DNA of 64,000 nucleotides from Narcine bancroftii (GCF_036971445.1 NC_091478.1:68510001-68574000); one strand, 5' to 3'. Positions 38,585 to 52,644 are shown, numbered from the stretch's first letter. Numbers and translations: made by a program. Notes: generated from the sequence alone by a model not told the origin.

Positions 38585-38814
38585 TGTCTAAATTAAAAAG
38601 TAGTATATTTATTCCTACTTCTGATCATCATGCAGCCCTGCCTATCATTATATAACCTCCAAATATACAATTTGTTCCTTCTCTGCCGTGCATTGGTACA
38701 CTTTTAAAAAAAATATTTTTGATATATACATATGTTGATCATCAAAAATTCTCTATGGGGAAGTGACTTGCATTTATACTACAGCAGCATTTATTATTGT
38801 CCTTTTTATTAGTG

Positions 38815-41800
38815 TATTTATAAATACAATTGGGCCCCTATAGGATCCAAATATGGTTGACATATCTCAATTAATGTCATTTGTTCTTTAAGTTGTATGA
38901 AATTTTTTCCAAAGGTATGCAACTGTTCATCTCTGCAGTCCATCCAGCTATATGTAGAGGGGAGTTGGATTTCCAAGTAATTGAAATACATTTCTTAGCC
39001 ACTGCTAAGTCTATTTTAACAAATGAAATTTGGAAATTAGTTAGTTTATTACTTATTTAATTGAAGTTGCCCAAGGTAAAGCTCTGGCTTGTCAGTGAAG
39101 GCCAGCCCTGTTATCTTCGTTAATATTTCAGTAATATCCTGCCAGAAATGTCTCACCTTCACTCACATCCACATAGCATGTAAGAATGTTCCTATTTCTA
39201 TCCCACATCTAAAACACATTTCCAATTTTTATTTATGCAACTTCTGTGTGAGATAATTGGTGTAGGAAATTATATTGCACTAATCCATATTTTGCATTTA
39301 TAATTGATGTCATGCTATCCAAACACCAGTGAAACCAACATCTTTCCATTATTGCAACACCTAGATCTGACTCCTATCTCTCTCTCGATCTCTGTAAACC
39401 TGGTTTCGCACTTTCATTCTGGAGAACATAGTACCTCTTAGTTATAAATTCAGGTGTATTCCCTAGCCAAATTGTTCGTTCCATTTCACTAATTTCAAGT
39501 GGGGCCAAACTTTCTCTTAGGAACGATCTTAGCTGGAGAAAACACCAGAAAGTTCCATTAGCTACTTCATATTTATTTCTTAATTGTTGAAAAGACACAA
39601 GAAATCCCTCCGTATAACAATCATCAGTGTATCTTATTCCTTTGTCATACCATGAATTCAATAGTTTGTTACCCAGATTCATGGGCAACAATACATTTTT
39701 ACTTAATCATGTTCTTAATGATATACCTGCTTCCCCCCCCCCCACAAAACTCTCATTTATTTATTTCTATATTCTAATCGTATTAATATAGGGTCATCTG
39801 TCTTATTTATTATTAACTTAGCATTCCACTTGTAAATAAAGTCCTTCGCTGTTTCTTCTTCTATTGAATTCAATCCCATTCAGATTCAAGAAGGGGGACT
39901 GTCTTCAAAAAAATTGATAAAAATCTTGCTTGTGCTGATAAATAATATTTCATAAAAGTCCAGAAGCCTAAATCCTCCAATTTATAATCCCATGTTAGCT
40001 TTTCCAATGAAATTCTTGGCACTTTCATATTCCATTGGAATTGCCTTATATAATGATTCAATAATTTAACAAAATTTTTAGTTAGTGCAATAGGCAATGA
40101 TTGAGAAAGGTACTGTGTTCTTGGCATCACATTCATTTTAATACGATTTACTCTTCCCACTAAAATAATTGGCAGTTATTTCCATTTTTGTAAATCTTTC
40201 TTTAATTTTCTAAAAGAGTGTAATTAAATGTTATGTTTTTTTAAACTTATTATCCACCATTATTCCTAAATATTTGATTCCATCTATCTTCCATTTAAAT
40301 CTACTACCTTTTTGATATCTTTCATAATCAAAATTTTTCAATGGCATTATCTCGCTCTTGTCCATATTTATTTTATAACTTGATATTATTCCATATTTTT
40401 CTAATGTTGTTTGTAATCTTATCAAGGATTCAGCCGGGTCAGACATATATAATAACACATCATCAGCAAAAAAGCTAATTTGATGTTCTTCCTGTCCAAC
40501 TTTAAAGCCCTTAATATCTGGATCTCTGCCAGAGGTTCAATAGCTAGGATTTAAAAAGTGCTGGAGACAGAGAACACCCCTGTCTATTTGATCTATTCAA
40601 GGGAAAAAAAAACACTGACATTTTATTGTTAGTTATAATTTTGGCTTGTGGTTTATGATAAAAAGTTCTTATCCAGTTTATAAATTTTTGGACTATACCA
40701 AATTTTTCCAATGTTTTAAATAAGAAAGACCATTCTCATTGATCAAATGCTTTTTCTACATCAAAGGAGATAGTTATACCTGGATTCAACTTTGATTTTC
40801 CAAAAGTATTGTATTAAATAGTCTACTTAGGTTATTTGAAGAACGTCTTCATTTGACAAATCCCACCTGATCAGTATGTATTGATTTTGGTAGATATTGT
40901 CGCAGTCTATTAGCCAATATTTTATAATCAGCATTGAGGAGTGATAGGTCTACATAATGAAGTTTTTAATGGGTCTCTACCTTTCTTCAGTAGCACTGAA
41001 ATTATAACAGTTGAGAAAGATTCCGGGAAGGTCTGGGTCTCTACTGCTCATTCCAATACATCCATTATAAGAGGTATCAATCAACCTTCAAATTGTCTGT
41101 AGAAGTCAGGAGGAAACCCATCCTCCCCCAGAGATTTGTTAGATTGTAAAGTACCAAGGCTCTTTTGATTTCTTCTTTTGTGAAAGAGGCATCTAAATCA
41201 ACCTGTTCTCTATCTTCTAATTTTGGAAGTTCAACATTTGTTAGAAATCCATCCATCTCATTTTAATCTCCAAACAATTCTGATTTATATAGTTTAATAT
41301 ATGGTCTAAAAATATTGTTCATTTCTTTTTGATTATATCTTATAATATCAGCCTCTGTTTTTATTGCATTCATCATTCTAGATGACTTCTCTGCCTTTAA
41401 CTGCCAAGGTAAAATTTTATGCACGTGTTCTCCCAATTCAAAATATTTGTGTTTGGTTTTTAATAAATTTAAATATTTTTTTCATTCTAATTGTTTGTAA
41501 TGTGTTATATTTTAATGTTTTTTATTCTCTTACAGTCTATATTTTTCTTGTGACCCTGATCTCTGATATTCTTTTTCCAATTTCATTACATCTTTCTCTA
41601 GACCATCCAGGTCTGTAGCATATTCTTTCAAGATTTTTTTGTATAAGAAATAATTTGTCCTCTTAGATAAGCTTTAGGTGTATCCCATATTAAAAAGCTA
41701 TTATCAGTACAAGAAAAGTTAGTTTCACAGAATAGTTCTATCTGTCCCTTAATAAACTCACAAAAGTCCCTCTTTTTCAAGTGTTTTTCCATTATTGCAA

Positions 41801-42480
41801 TAGTTAAATTTAATGGTGAATGATCTGATAGAAGTTTCACCAAATATTCCATTTTTACCACTACTTTTTTTTTAAACTGTGCAGATGTTAAAAATAAATC
41901 AGCCCAACTATGTGAATCATGTACCCTTGAGCAGAATGAATAGTCTCTTTCTACGGAGTTAAGCTGCCTCCATATATCAATCAAATTTAAATCCTTCATA
42001 AATGATGGTGCCGTTTTTGCAGCTTTTGCCCTTGTCTCTGTTCCGGCTGATTTATCCAGTATTGGATCTAGACAGAAATTGAAGTCTCCTCTGACCAGTA
42101 TATTTTGTCTTCCCTCTGCTGCATTTAAAAAGATATCCTTCATAATTTGATGCATAGATGTTCATAAACATCCATAGTTCTGCATAAATTTTATAATGTG
42201 CCATTACAAATCTTCCGGCTTGGTCAGTCAGTGTCTCTTCTAATATTATTGGTATATTTTTGTTAATTAGAATCACTACTCCTCTTGCTTTTGTGCAAAA
42301 TGAAGACGATATTACTTCTCCCACCCATCCTCTTTTAATTTAGCATGTTCCAATTTGGTAAGATGAGTTTCTTGTAGAAAGACTATATCTGACTTTAATT
42401 TCTTTTAGGTGTGCCAAGACCTTGTTTTCACCGGCTCGTTTATCCCATTAAGACTAATAAATTTTAATGTTCTTTCCATA
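38815..42480 (-). mobile_element. L1-clade LINE ORF2 pseudogene (APE endonuclease, RT, C-terminal domain), near full length but disrupted
   Basis: Fragments LQETHL, KARGVVILINKNIP, GDFNFCLDP, SDHSPL, FADDVLLY, YKINMDKSE, IKYLGI and GRVNRIKMNVMPR occur in collinear order, with many frameshifts and stops. Confidence 0.9.
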
Positions 42481-43078
42481 TTGATATTTTAAACAAATAT
42501 TGTTTAACAATAAAAACTTTTTGATTGTTTAAATAATAGTGATCTTTCCCCTTTTAAAAAAAAACATATACAATGCCTTGCCGGTGATGTAAACAGGAAA
42601 TCCCGAAAGCCCGCAAAAAAAACCCACACAATCTCTTGAGGAAGAAGAACCCCACTCATTAGCACCACCTTTTATAGATACTCCTCTCCGGTCACCATTC
42701 TCCCCCTTAGAACGGAGTATCCACCTTCCTACTACTTTCCCCAAGTTTTATCTCTTTTCTGAGCTTTCGGTGAATATTTCAATAAAATTTACTTTTCAAT
42801 AATAAATACAAGATTTTTTTTTGAAAAATACAACTTTTACTAGGTCCCATTGCAAACATTCTTCACTCTTCCTCTTTGGCAACCTTAACCTTTTCATAAA
42901 CCTCGCAGGAAGTCTTCCACCTCGATCTTAGTCTTGAAATATCATCGATTACTTTCTGCTACTTCACCCCTCAGAGACTGGAAATACATCATTGAAAATT
43001 TCAAAGTTTTGGAATGCAATTGTCTTTTTACATCAAACTTCTTCCTTTGCTAAATTAATGGGGGACTAAAATAATGGA

Positions 43079-44171
43079 GTGCAGTGTGCGCAGTACTGGC
43101 CCCACCCTTTACACCCATGGTTCGTGTGCCGTGGCCAAGCAAGCTGGGACGAGGCAGCGAGGTCCTTGGGTCATAGGTTTTATATCCGAGTGGCCTTCTC
43201 CTATGCAGGTTTTTACTCGGGCTGGAGGGGCCTGCCTCCCCTCCTAGGTTGGAGCATACCTGGTCGCAAATCACCTGTGGACATGGCCTAGGTAAGTTTA
43301 ATTGGGTTCTCTAACTACCTCTGAGGTAGGTCAGGGACCCGGTTGGATTCTGACGGGGTTGACCAAGTCACACCCTTTCTTACTGCTGTGTAACTGGGGT
43401 GTAAAATGTAAAAAGCGAGGGGGAGGCAGCGGCCCCGGTCGAGTGAGGCAGGCAGAAGCCCCGGTCCGGGAAGACTACACAAAAGTGTCTGGAAAAACAA
43501 CCAACTGAAAAACCTCACAAAGATTAGCGTATACAGAGCCGTTGTCATACCCACACTCCTGTTCGGCTCCGAATCATGGGTCCTCTACCGGCATCACCTA
43601 CGGCTCCTAGAACGCTTCCACCAGCGTTGTCTCCGCTCCATCCTCAACATTCATTGGAGCGACTTCATCTCCAACATCGAAGTACTCGAGATGGCAGAGG
43701 CCGACAGCATCAAATCCACGCTGCTGAAGATCAAACTGCGCTGGGTAGGTCACGTCTCCCGAATGGAGGACCATCGCCTTCCCAAGATCGTGTTATATGG
43801 CGAGCTCTCCACTGGCCACCGAGACAGAGGTGCACCAAAGAAGAGGTACAAGGACTGCCTAAAGAAAGCTCCTGGTGCCTGCCACATTGACCATTGCCAG
43901 TGGGCTGATATCGCCTCAAACCATGCATCTTGGCACCTCACAGTTCGGCGGGCAGCAACCTCCTTTGAAGAAGACCGCAGAGCCCACCTCACTGACAAAA
44001 GACAAAGGAGGAAAAACCCAACACCCAACCCCAACCAACCAATTTTCCCTTGCAACTGCGGCAACCGTGTCTGACTGTCCCGCATCAGACTTGTCCGCCA
44101 CAAACGAGCCTGCAGCTGACGTGGACATTACCCCTCCATAAATCTTCGTCCGTGAAGCCAAGCCAAAGAAA
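43079..44171 (+). mobile_element. RTE-clade LINE insertion with ~390 bp of non-RT sequence at its 5' end
   Basis: The RTE ORF 3' part starts at ~43469. A 12-bp TSD TAAAATAATGGA at 43067-43078 and 44172-44183 encloses both parts. Confidence 0.88.
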
Positions 44172-44429
44172 TAAAATAATGGAAAAATAGCACTTTATCA
44201 TGGTCAATCTCAGGCGGACCATTATTTTGCTTATTCATATCCTGCTTCCAGAATTGTCTGTACATTGATACACTATATCTATACAACATGCACTTTTTTT
44301 GGATTTCAGACTTTAACTCACTAATTGTTGGCTTGGATTTGTCAAGAAAACTTGCCTCTCAACCTCATCAATCCTTTTGTGCCAAAAAAAAGGACCAAAC
44401 ATCCTCGGACTAAGGGACAGAAACTGATG

Positions 44430-45080
44430 CTGACATCAGAGCCCCATTTGACTGGCACCATGGTGCAAATAGAGTCAAGGAACATCAAGGAGAAAATACT
44501 CCAGTGGCTGGAGTTGTACTTCACATAAAGGAAGATGATTGTGTTGTCAAAAGTCAATCATTCTCCATCTAAGAACATCACTGCAAAAGCACACATGACA
44601 GGTACAATCATCTTCAGACATTTCAATGATCTTTCTTACACAAGGTCAGAAGTTGGTATACTCGCTCATGACTACAACATTTAATTCCATTCACAAATAA
44701 TGCACCAATACCTGGAAAATATTAAGCATGAGCTGTTAAGTAGTAAATAACTTTTATCTGTGTCATAGAAGTGCTGGATAATGACCATCTCCAACAAGAA
44801 AGAACTGAACCAACACCATTTCTACACAGGAATGCTATCTTTCCCAGCAATTATTTGTCTACTCTTCATTTTCAATGGCTTTAACATCCCAAGTTTCTCA
44901 TCAAATATATTTGAATGACTCACCTCCTAACACCCCAAGGCATTTCTACTATCTGCAAGGCAAAAAAATACAGATTGCAATGGCATACTCTCTATTTGCC
45001 TGGATCAATGCAGTTCCAACAGCTCTCACAAAGATCAGCTCCATCAAGAACAAAGCAGCCCTCCTGACTGGCACATCATA
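44430..45080 (+). mobile_element. Old CR1/L2-group LINE RT remnant
   Basis: Degenerate WH.G...GI.G..LQWLE.Y...RKMIV and FNDL motifs. A similar remnant lies at ~49230-49470. Confidence 0.55.
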
Positions 45081-45559
45081 AAACATCACTGGATTTAGTT
45101 AAAAAAAAAACATGCCTAAGAGGCTTTGTAAAACAATTTTTCAAATTTACAGCCTCATCTGCCAAAAACACTAATAGAAACTCAATATTTTGCGTAATAT
45201 TGCATGCTCTTGAATAAAACACAATTTCCCTAAATTAGGTCCATATTAGGTCTTAGATTAGCATTTTCAACCACCCAAAAATATTAATTCCTTCACCACC
45301 ACTGTGGCTGCAGTGTGTACAAAATATGCTGCCGTTACTTGCTCAGGCCACTTTGAGTGTATTCCCGAACCAGGAACCTGATTGTCACATAGGATAAGTG
45401 CAACGGGTGCACTTGAGAATATACTCATTCATTGTTACTTAGTCTACGTACTAGGACTACCTATCCAAAAGCATTGTGGGAATACGTCCTCCTTCATCAG
45501 AAGGACTGCAGAGGCTCAGGAACTTGCAAAATTTGGGATGGACAAGAAATGCTGGTTTT

Positions 45560-46020
45560 GCTGGTCAGCAACACCAATACCCCTAAGCATAAAGCCCTGC
45601 AAAAAGTAGTGGACAAAGCCCAGAACATCACAAGCAAGACCCTCCCCACTATCGAGAACATCTACAGGGAACTCTGCCTTCGAAGAGCAGCAGCAATCAT
45701 CAAGGATCCACATCACCCAGCCCACTCGCTGTTCTCACCGCTGCCATCAGGAAAGAGGTATTGGTGCCACAAGACACATCACAGAGTCCTCAACAACAAA
45801 TTCAATCAGGGACTCGTTTAAAGACTCTTACTTGTGCACTTTATTGATTTTTTAAAAATTCTCTATGTATTGCAAAGTTGGTTTGTTTATATTTGTTATC
45901 TGTTTACAGTTCTTTGTGTTTACATGTACATTTTCTTTGCACTACCAATAAATGGTAATTCTGCCTCACCCACAGGAAAAAAGAATGTGATGACATGTAT
46001 GCACTCTGACAATAAATCTG
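45560..46020 (+). mobile_element. Rex/Babar-like LINE 3' fragment
   Basis: KALQKVVDKAQNIT..LPTIENIYRELCLRRAAAIIKDPHHPAHSLFSPLPSGKRY, ending in gacaataaatctgaa. Confidence 0.8.
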
Positions 46021-46193
46021 AATTTGACATCCAGATCCTGAAGATGACAAATAAAAACCCACTGAAGACCTTAGAAATTTTTGTTTTTATTTCAGATTTC
46101 CAACATCTGCTTTTTGATTGCTCGTGTGCTTTTTACTTCGAGGAGTTTGTTTTTATTTTAAAAAGATCTAAATTCATACAATCCCCAGATTAG

Positions 46194-46464
46194 NNNNNNN
46201 NNNNNNNNNNNNNNNNNNNNNNNNNNNNNNNNNNNNNNNNNNNNNNNNNNNNNNNNNNNNNNNNNNNNNNNNNNNNNNNNNNNNNNNNNNNNNNNNNNNN
46301 NNNNNNNNNNNNNNNNNNNNNNNNNNNNNNNNNNNNNNNNNNNNNNNNNNNNNNNNNNNNNNNNNNNNNNNNNNNNNNNNNNNNNNNNNNNNNNNNNNNN
46401 NNNNNNNNNNNNNNNNNNNNNNNNNNNNNNNNNNNNNNNNNNNNNNNNNNNNNNNNNNNNNNNN
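46194..46464. other. Assembly gap (271 N)
   Basis: Run of N within rnf166 intron 1. Confidence 1.
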
Positions 46465-46574
46465 TATATATTTACACTATTATTTTATCTACATTTTGTC
46501 ATACAAGTAAAATATGGGTGTATTAAAAATAACACAATAGATGGCAAGGCATTAACCTGTCAATTGTTCTGTAC

Positions 46575-46790
46575 AGTTAGAATAGTGGTTAGCACAAGGA
46601 TGTTACAGAGCTAGTGACCCGGCTTCGAATCCAGCACTGTCTGTAATTGTGAGGCAGTTACCTCTGGGTGCTCAGATTTCCTGCCACCCTTCAAAACGTA
46701 TGGGGATTGCAGGTTAATTGGTATATTTGGGCAGCATGGGCTCGTGGGCCAGAAGAGCCTGTTGCCATGCTGTATGTCTAAATTTAAAAT
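46575..46790 (+). mobile_element. V-SINE
   Basis: TAGTGGTTAG A box, TTCGAATCC B box and the family tail ctgtatgtctaaatttaaa. Confidence 0.75.
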
Positions 46791-47769
46791 TTGAAAAATT
46801 TAACACTGCAAGTGTTTGGATATTTCATGAATGAGCACAGAAATGAAATTTTGAAGGGTTTTTATTTAATGTTAAAGGCACGTCAAAGCATTCAAATTTG
46901 GCATACTATAGCATTAATCTTACTCTGATAAAATATTCCTACAAATATTTAATAAATACTCATTTTAAAGCAAATGATTAAAGCAACTTCTAATTTTTAC
47001 GTGTTTGTTTCTCTGCAGATGGGCAAGAATGGACAACTGCAATTTCTCAAGTTGGATCTCGATCCAATTTATGATCATTTAGCCACATACACAAGCAACA
47101 TTTAATGATTTTCCAAGGTCAGATTACCAATGAACATTTTTAGGATTTAATTTAAATTCTGAAAAATTATGTTTAAAAAGTAAATCGGAAGATACAGGTG
47201 TACTACACATTACAAGATCTGATTGACTTAATGAGCCAGATGGCCTACTCCTGTCCTATTTCTAAAATTCTTAAATCATATGAAGTCTTTGTGCCTTCAG
47301 TTTGACATAAACTGGCACAGTGAATGAACACACAAACCACTCCAATTATGTAAATAGATGTAGGATTCTGTTCTGCATTTTTTCATTCTGCAAGATCACA
47401 CAAGGTACAATAAGACAAGTGAATTCTAGACAATAAAAGGTAGATAATAGTTTAAAAGATTTTGACCACAAGTATCATGGAAAACATATAATTTGATGTC
47501 ACAGAAATTAAATGAGCCTGGACAATTAACAACTTTGTAGGGATTTTTCTCCTCTCTGTCAATCAGTATTAAAAATACTAAATTGATGTAAAAAAAAATC
47601 TCTTAACCTTAATTAAAAACATTGTTTTATTTTTTCGTAGGATCTGTTTAACTACACACCTGTTTTCCATTATTGACTGCTTGACCTAAAGCCACATATT
47701 TCTGTCAATTTGCTCTGCAAACAAACATGATATTCAATATCAACTCTACTTTCGCACCTGATCCTTTTT

Positions 47770-48510
47770 TTCTGTTCTAAATATCCAAAGTCCTATGGTC
47801 CACTGAGTAAAGAAATTTCTAATCTCTTCTCATGACTGGAAACTTCTTCTCCACATCCACTCTATCCAGGCCTTTCAATATTTCTAAACTCCAGCGAGTA
47901 CAGGCCCAAAACCATCAAATGTTTCTCATATGTCAATCCTTTGGACCCTCTCCCATGCCACCATTACCTCCCAAAACTACTCACAGTATTCCAAATGTAG
48001 CTTCATCATCAGCTTATAAAGTCTCAACATTACATTCTTGTTTTGTATTCTAAACCTCTTGAAATTAATGTTAAGATTGTATTTGCCTTCCTTACTACCA
48101 ACTCAAACTGCAAGTTAATCCCTTTGGACCTCCAGTTTCTGAATCTTCTCTCCCCATTTAGAAAAAAGTCTATTATTTCTACTAAAGTACATGGCCATAC
48201 ACTTCTCTATGCTGTATTCCATCTGCCACTTCTTTGCCAAGTCTCCTAACCTGTCCAAATCCTTCTGCAGAATCCCTACTTTTTCAACACTACCTCTGCC
48301 TACCTTTATATCATCCGCAAACTTGGCCACAAAGCCATCAATTCCATCATCCAAATCATTAACTCAAAAAGTTATGGACTCACCATGTTAGCAGCAGCCA
48401 GGCATACAAGACCCCTTCTGTCTGTCAACCAATCTTCTATCCATGCTTGTACCTTGCTCGTAATACCATGGGCGCCTATCTTGTTTAACAGTCTCATGTA
48501 CAAAGATCTG
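47770..48510 (-). mobile_element. CR1 LINE RT fragment
   Basis: RLLNKIGAHGI..KV.AWIEDWLTDR and FVAKFADD.KVG...LQKDLDRL..AKKWQMEY..KC motifs. Confidence 0.85.
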
Positions 48511-50069
48511 ACAAAACAGTCCAAGATGCCACCTGAGTCACTGAGTTTTTGCAGCAACTTGTGTTTGTTTTTTTTGCTTTTCCATATAAGCTGCCAGTCA
48601 ATTTGTGTTTCAGCATTAACTTTGTGAAAGCAGCACAATCTCATCATTCACGTGATCTTCATTATTGCATTTAAGACAAGGTAGGGTAGATTTATTTTTT
48701 GTTACACAAAGTAGGGGAATTAAGGGATGTAGGGACAATGCAGGTCGGTGGAGATGAGCCCATCATCAGATCAGCCGTGATCACATTGAATGGTGGAGCA
48801 GACTTGACAGGCCGGATGACCTCTCCTGCCCTGATTACATTCTTATTAAGTAACTGCATTTGCACATCAGCCAATCACACTATTACGATCATTTCAAACG
48901 TAATAATTAATCAGTAACTTGTCAGAAGGGAATCTTGCTTCAGGTCCTGAAAAATTGGTCTTTAAAAAAAAATCCTTCCTTCCTCAACATTTTCTTATCT
49001 TTTTACTAGGTAGGTAGGGTTTAGTTTGTTTCTGTAGGACTATATAGGTCAGCAAAACATCGAGGGCTGAAAGGCTTGTAATGTTCCATTTCTATTTATT
49101 TAATCTATTCCTTTAACTGACTAGACATAGATGAGTTGGTGAATTAATTTCTCTTTTTAATCTCTTAGACCTGGTCCAAATATTGAAGAGGTAATCCAGT
49201 TTTGGGATAGCAATGAGATAGCATCAAACACCCTGGTAAAACTGGTCGATTGATATCAAAGGGAGAAACACTCCAGTGTCTGAAGTCATATTTCATTCAA
49301 AGAAAGATGGTTGTTGGTTATTCTTCCCAATTCAAGGACAACGCTGTAGGAGTTCCTTGGGGCATTGTTATAGATACAAACACGACTATCTTTTGCTGCT
49401 TCAGTAATCATCTTCCTTCAATCAAGGCAATGTTTACTCATGATTGCAGAATGTTCAATTCCATTTTGTTTCGATTACAGGAGAGGCAAACAATGAATGA
49501 CTCCTATTGCTATCTATATAGCCACCATTTCATTCTTCAAGTGAATGGAACATGTATTAATAATTATATATTTCTTTGTAGAAAGATTGGGTAATTGCAG
49601 GTCATGTACATCAAGCACAGAATGGTTTAAACTAGATTAGCAATGATTACCCTGAAAGGTAGACTAAGCTTCAGGAACCAAATGGTATGCTCTTCTCTTA
49701 CTTTGTGTTCTGGGTACTTATTTGCAATTGTTTATCAATATCTTCAATCTAATTCCCGACAACCCTCACAGCTCCATAATTTGGATTAAATTTTAAGACT
49801 CTAATTTTCCATTGGTATCTCAAAATCTGTAGCAAGTTTTCCCATTCTGTGATGATTTAATACCAAAGTCTCTCACAACACTGACCTATTTTTATTATTT
49901 CTGTCCTATACATTGATCCTATCTCCTCATATGCGTGACCTAAATCAGTATGTTCCCTAGTTTGGTTTCATGATACATTAAGATTATTCTAAAAATGTAA
50001 TTAACAAGACGTCCCATAGATTCCTAATATTTATTTGTAAATAGGTACTTCAATAATTAATGTGTACAT

Positions 50070-50735
50070 AAACAACAGAAATGCTGGAGGAACTCAGCAG
50101 GCCACCACATCCAGTGGAGATAAAAAAAATATATAACCAAAGTTTCGGGGCTGAGCCCTACCTACTTCAAGGTGTGCAGGGGCATATATTAAAAAGGTTG
50201 GGGGGAGAGAGGAGGAAGAATGGGCAGGGGGAGGAGAACAGACCAAAAGATCTTAATCAGATATGGATGGAATACAGGAAATGTGGGAATTGACTGGGGG
50301 GGGAAAAGAGACAGAGGGAAAGATTGGGGCAGGGCTAATGGCAACCGGTGGTCAATATTAATGCTATCTGGTTAGCAGGTGCCCAGACAGAATACAAGGA
50401 GGTGTTCCTCTAATTTGTAGGTGGTCTTAGACTGGGAGTGCACAAGGTCATGGACAGACATATTGGCAAGGAGATGGGATGGAGAGTTGAAATGGATGGG
50501 CACTGGGAGCTACATGCTATTGCGTCGGATAAAGCTGAAGTGCTCAATGAAGTGATCTCTCAGTCTACATCTAGTCTCTCCGATGTAGAGGAAACCACAA
50601 TGGGAGCACTGGGGGCAGTAGATGATCCCTACGGATTCACAAGTGAAATGTTGCTTCACTTGGAAGGACTGTTTGGGGCCCCAAATGGTGGTGAGGGAAG
50701 AGGTGTGGGCACAAGTGGAGCACCTCCTGCGGACT
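50070..50735 (-). mobile_element. Penelope-like element fragment
   Basis: Reverse-complement similarity to the GIY-YIG-encoding fragment at 60350-61000. Confidence 0.7.
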
Positions 50736-52111
50736 CTAATGCATTAATGTGTATGCACTCGACAAATTCAATTTAACATGTTGATAAGTTTAAGTGGAAA
50801 CTGTAAGGACTTTGTGTTGATGATGAGTCTTTTTGCCAATTCACTGAAAACCCAATACGTACAAAAAAGAGCCAATAACTGGGACCGGCTGTTCCAGTCA
50901 TTATCCAATTAGGTACTTTCTTTAAAATATCCCAGAGACAAAAGATCACATATATCATTTTAAACAAGTTCCCCCAAATGATAAAAATAAGTATGCCGAA
51001 TCATAAAACGCTAAAATTAAAAGCAGTTTCTTCTTCTCCACCAACATTCAAATATTACAATATATGGAAGAAAAGCAAAAATGTTTAATCTTAGTCAAGG
51101 CAAAAAACTTGATGAGAAACCAATGAAAATGTAATACACTGATTGCAAAACCTTTTTTTAAAAATGACAAAATAAATAATTTCCACTTTGATTCAGTAAC
51201 AACCAGTTAATAAACAAATTAGAACAAAAAAGTCACCCTCCTTCCCCAAGAGCCAAAGTTCGAGTTGTGTTTCACTTTTCCTACTACTTACCACTGAACA
51301 TTTCATAGTACACTCTTTGCCAACTCATCTGCACCATCAGTACACATGTAGCCAATCAACTATTTGGTAAGCTTCCCAGAGCATTTCACCACTACCATTC
51401 AAGACTGTTTCTTCTACTGCCCGATTAAATTCAGAAACTTCTAAAATCTGCAACAACGTTCAACTGGGATTCAAATAAGACAGAAAATATGATTTGGGGG
51501 GTTATTTGTGGTTTTGGTGACAGAAAACAATCTGACCAGATGTTGGCAATACATTTTGTCACCAAATTAAAAGTTTTCAGGAAACAACACTATTTTTTTT
51601 TGCGTCGAGGTTTGCCAACAACCAGATGGCGGGTTGAAGGGAGTGGAAACAATAAAGGATTTAATTTTTAAAGTCACCCATTTGGAGCACTTATCAAGAT
51701 CCTGAACTTTAATACTCGTCAGAAGGGTTTTTGAATGCACCAAAGCATAGGCGGATTAAAACTGACAAAGAAAATCGAGTCTTTTCAGCGAGGGTCCACA
51801 GCCATCAACTGTGCTGCCCCAGTGAGCTATAACGGTCTGACCCGATCATCAAACGGCACCAATGATCTCGCGAAAACGACGCCCATCGGGTTAGCTTTTT
51901 AGAAGAACTTCAGGGCACACTCGACCAAACGCGCTTGAAGCCACGGGAGGCCAGGTCCCCCCCGGGTTGAGGAGGGAAAAGCCCAGCTCTCCACCAGGGT
52001 GCACACAGCCATTGTCTGCTTTGCCTGCCCCCGCCCCCCCCCCCCCCCCCCAACCTCACGGCTGCCTGCCTGTTTATCAACCCGACCGACACCGGCCGCC
52101 GCAAGACTCAC

Positions 52112-52254
52112 GCATGCCCGCAGCTTGCTATCGACACCGGCTTATAGTACACCTCCAGGCAGATCGGGCAGCTGTACGAGTCCGCCAGGTTCTCCCCCGA
52201 CACCGTCGTTGGCTTGGTCTGATTCCCGGAGACTAAACTCCGAAACATCGCCAT
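52112..52254 (-). CDS. rnf166: RING finger protein 166, coding exon 1
   Basis: MAMFRSLVSGNQTKPTTVSGENLADSYSCPICLEVYYKPVSIASCGH(A), matching the RNF166 MAMFRSLV start and first half of the RING. Donor GC|GTGAGT is phase 2 and matches exon 2. The total CDS is 702 nt, or 233 aa. Confidence 0.95.
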
Positions 52255-52644
52255 CGTCTACCTTCTACAACCTAAACAGTCATCATTGAAGCGCGACATA
52301 CCGAGCCCATGTTGTCATCACTTCGCGCCGCCCACAACACCATGACATCATCGGCAGTCTGGAACCGAGCCTTGTTACCACGGAAACGCCGACATTTTGC
52401 TTTGTCAAATGCCTTGTTATTTAAACACGGCCGATTGCAAAATTACGTTCTCAAATGCAAAAATCGCCACGTTTCATTTAAAACAAGATAAGACCATTCC
52501 AAAATTCCGTCGAGGCAAGGATTACTATTAATCGATTGTGCCGAGCGACTGGTTGGGGGGGGGCAGGTGGTGCGGAGCCGTGTGCGTCATCGGTGCGCGC
52601 TGGCGGCTCCAGGTGACAGTGAGGCGGCCGCCGGGACGCGCACG

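Noticed and set aside
46194-46464. Possibility that the assembly gap hides an rnf166 coding exon
   Set aside because: All six coding exons were found, and they join in frame without it.
51286-51450. Perfect GTAAGT donor and a CTDGA (hAT transposase-like) pentapeptide in rnf166 intron 1
   Set aside because: The signal is too short and the surrounding frames contain stops. It is insufficient to call an exon or a transposase.
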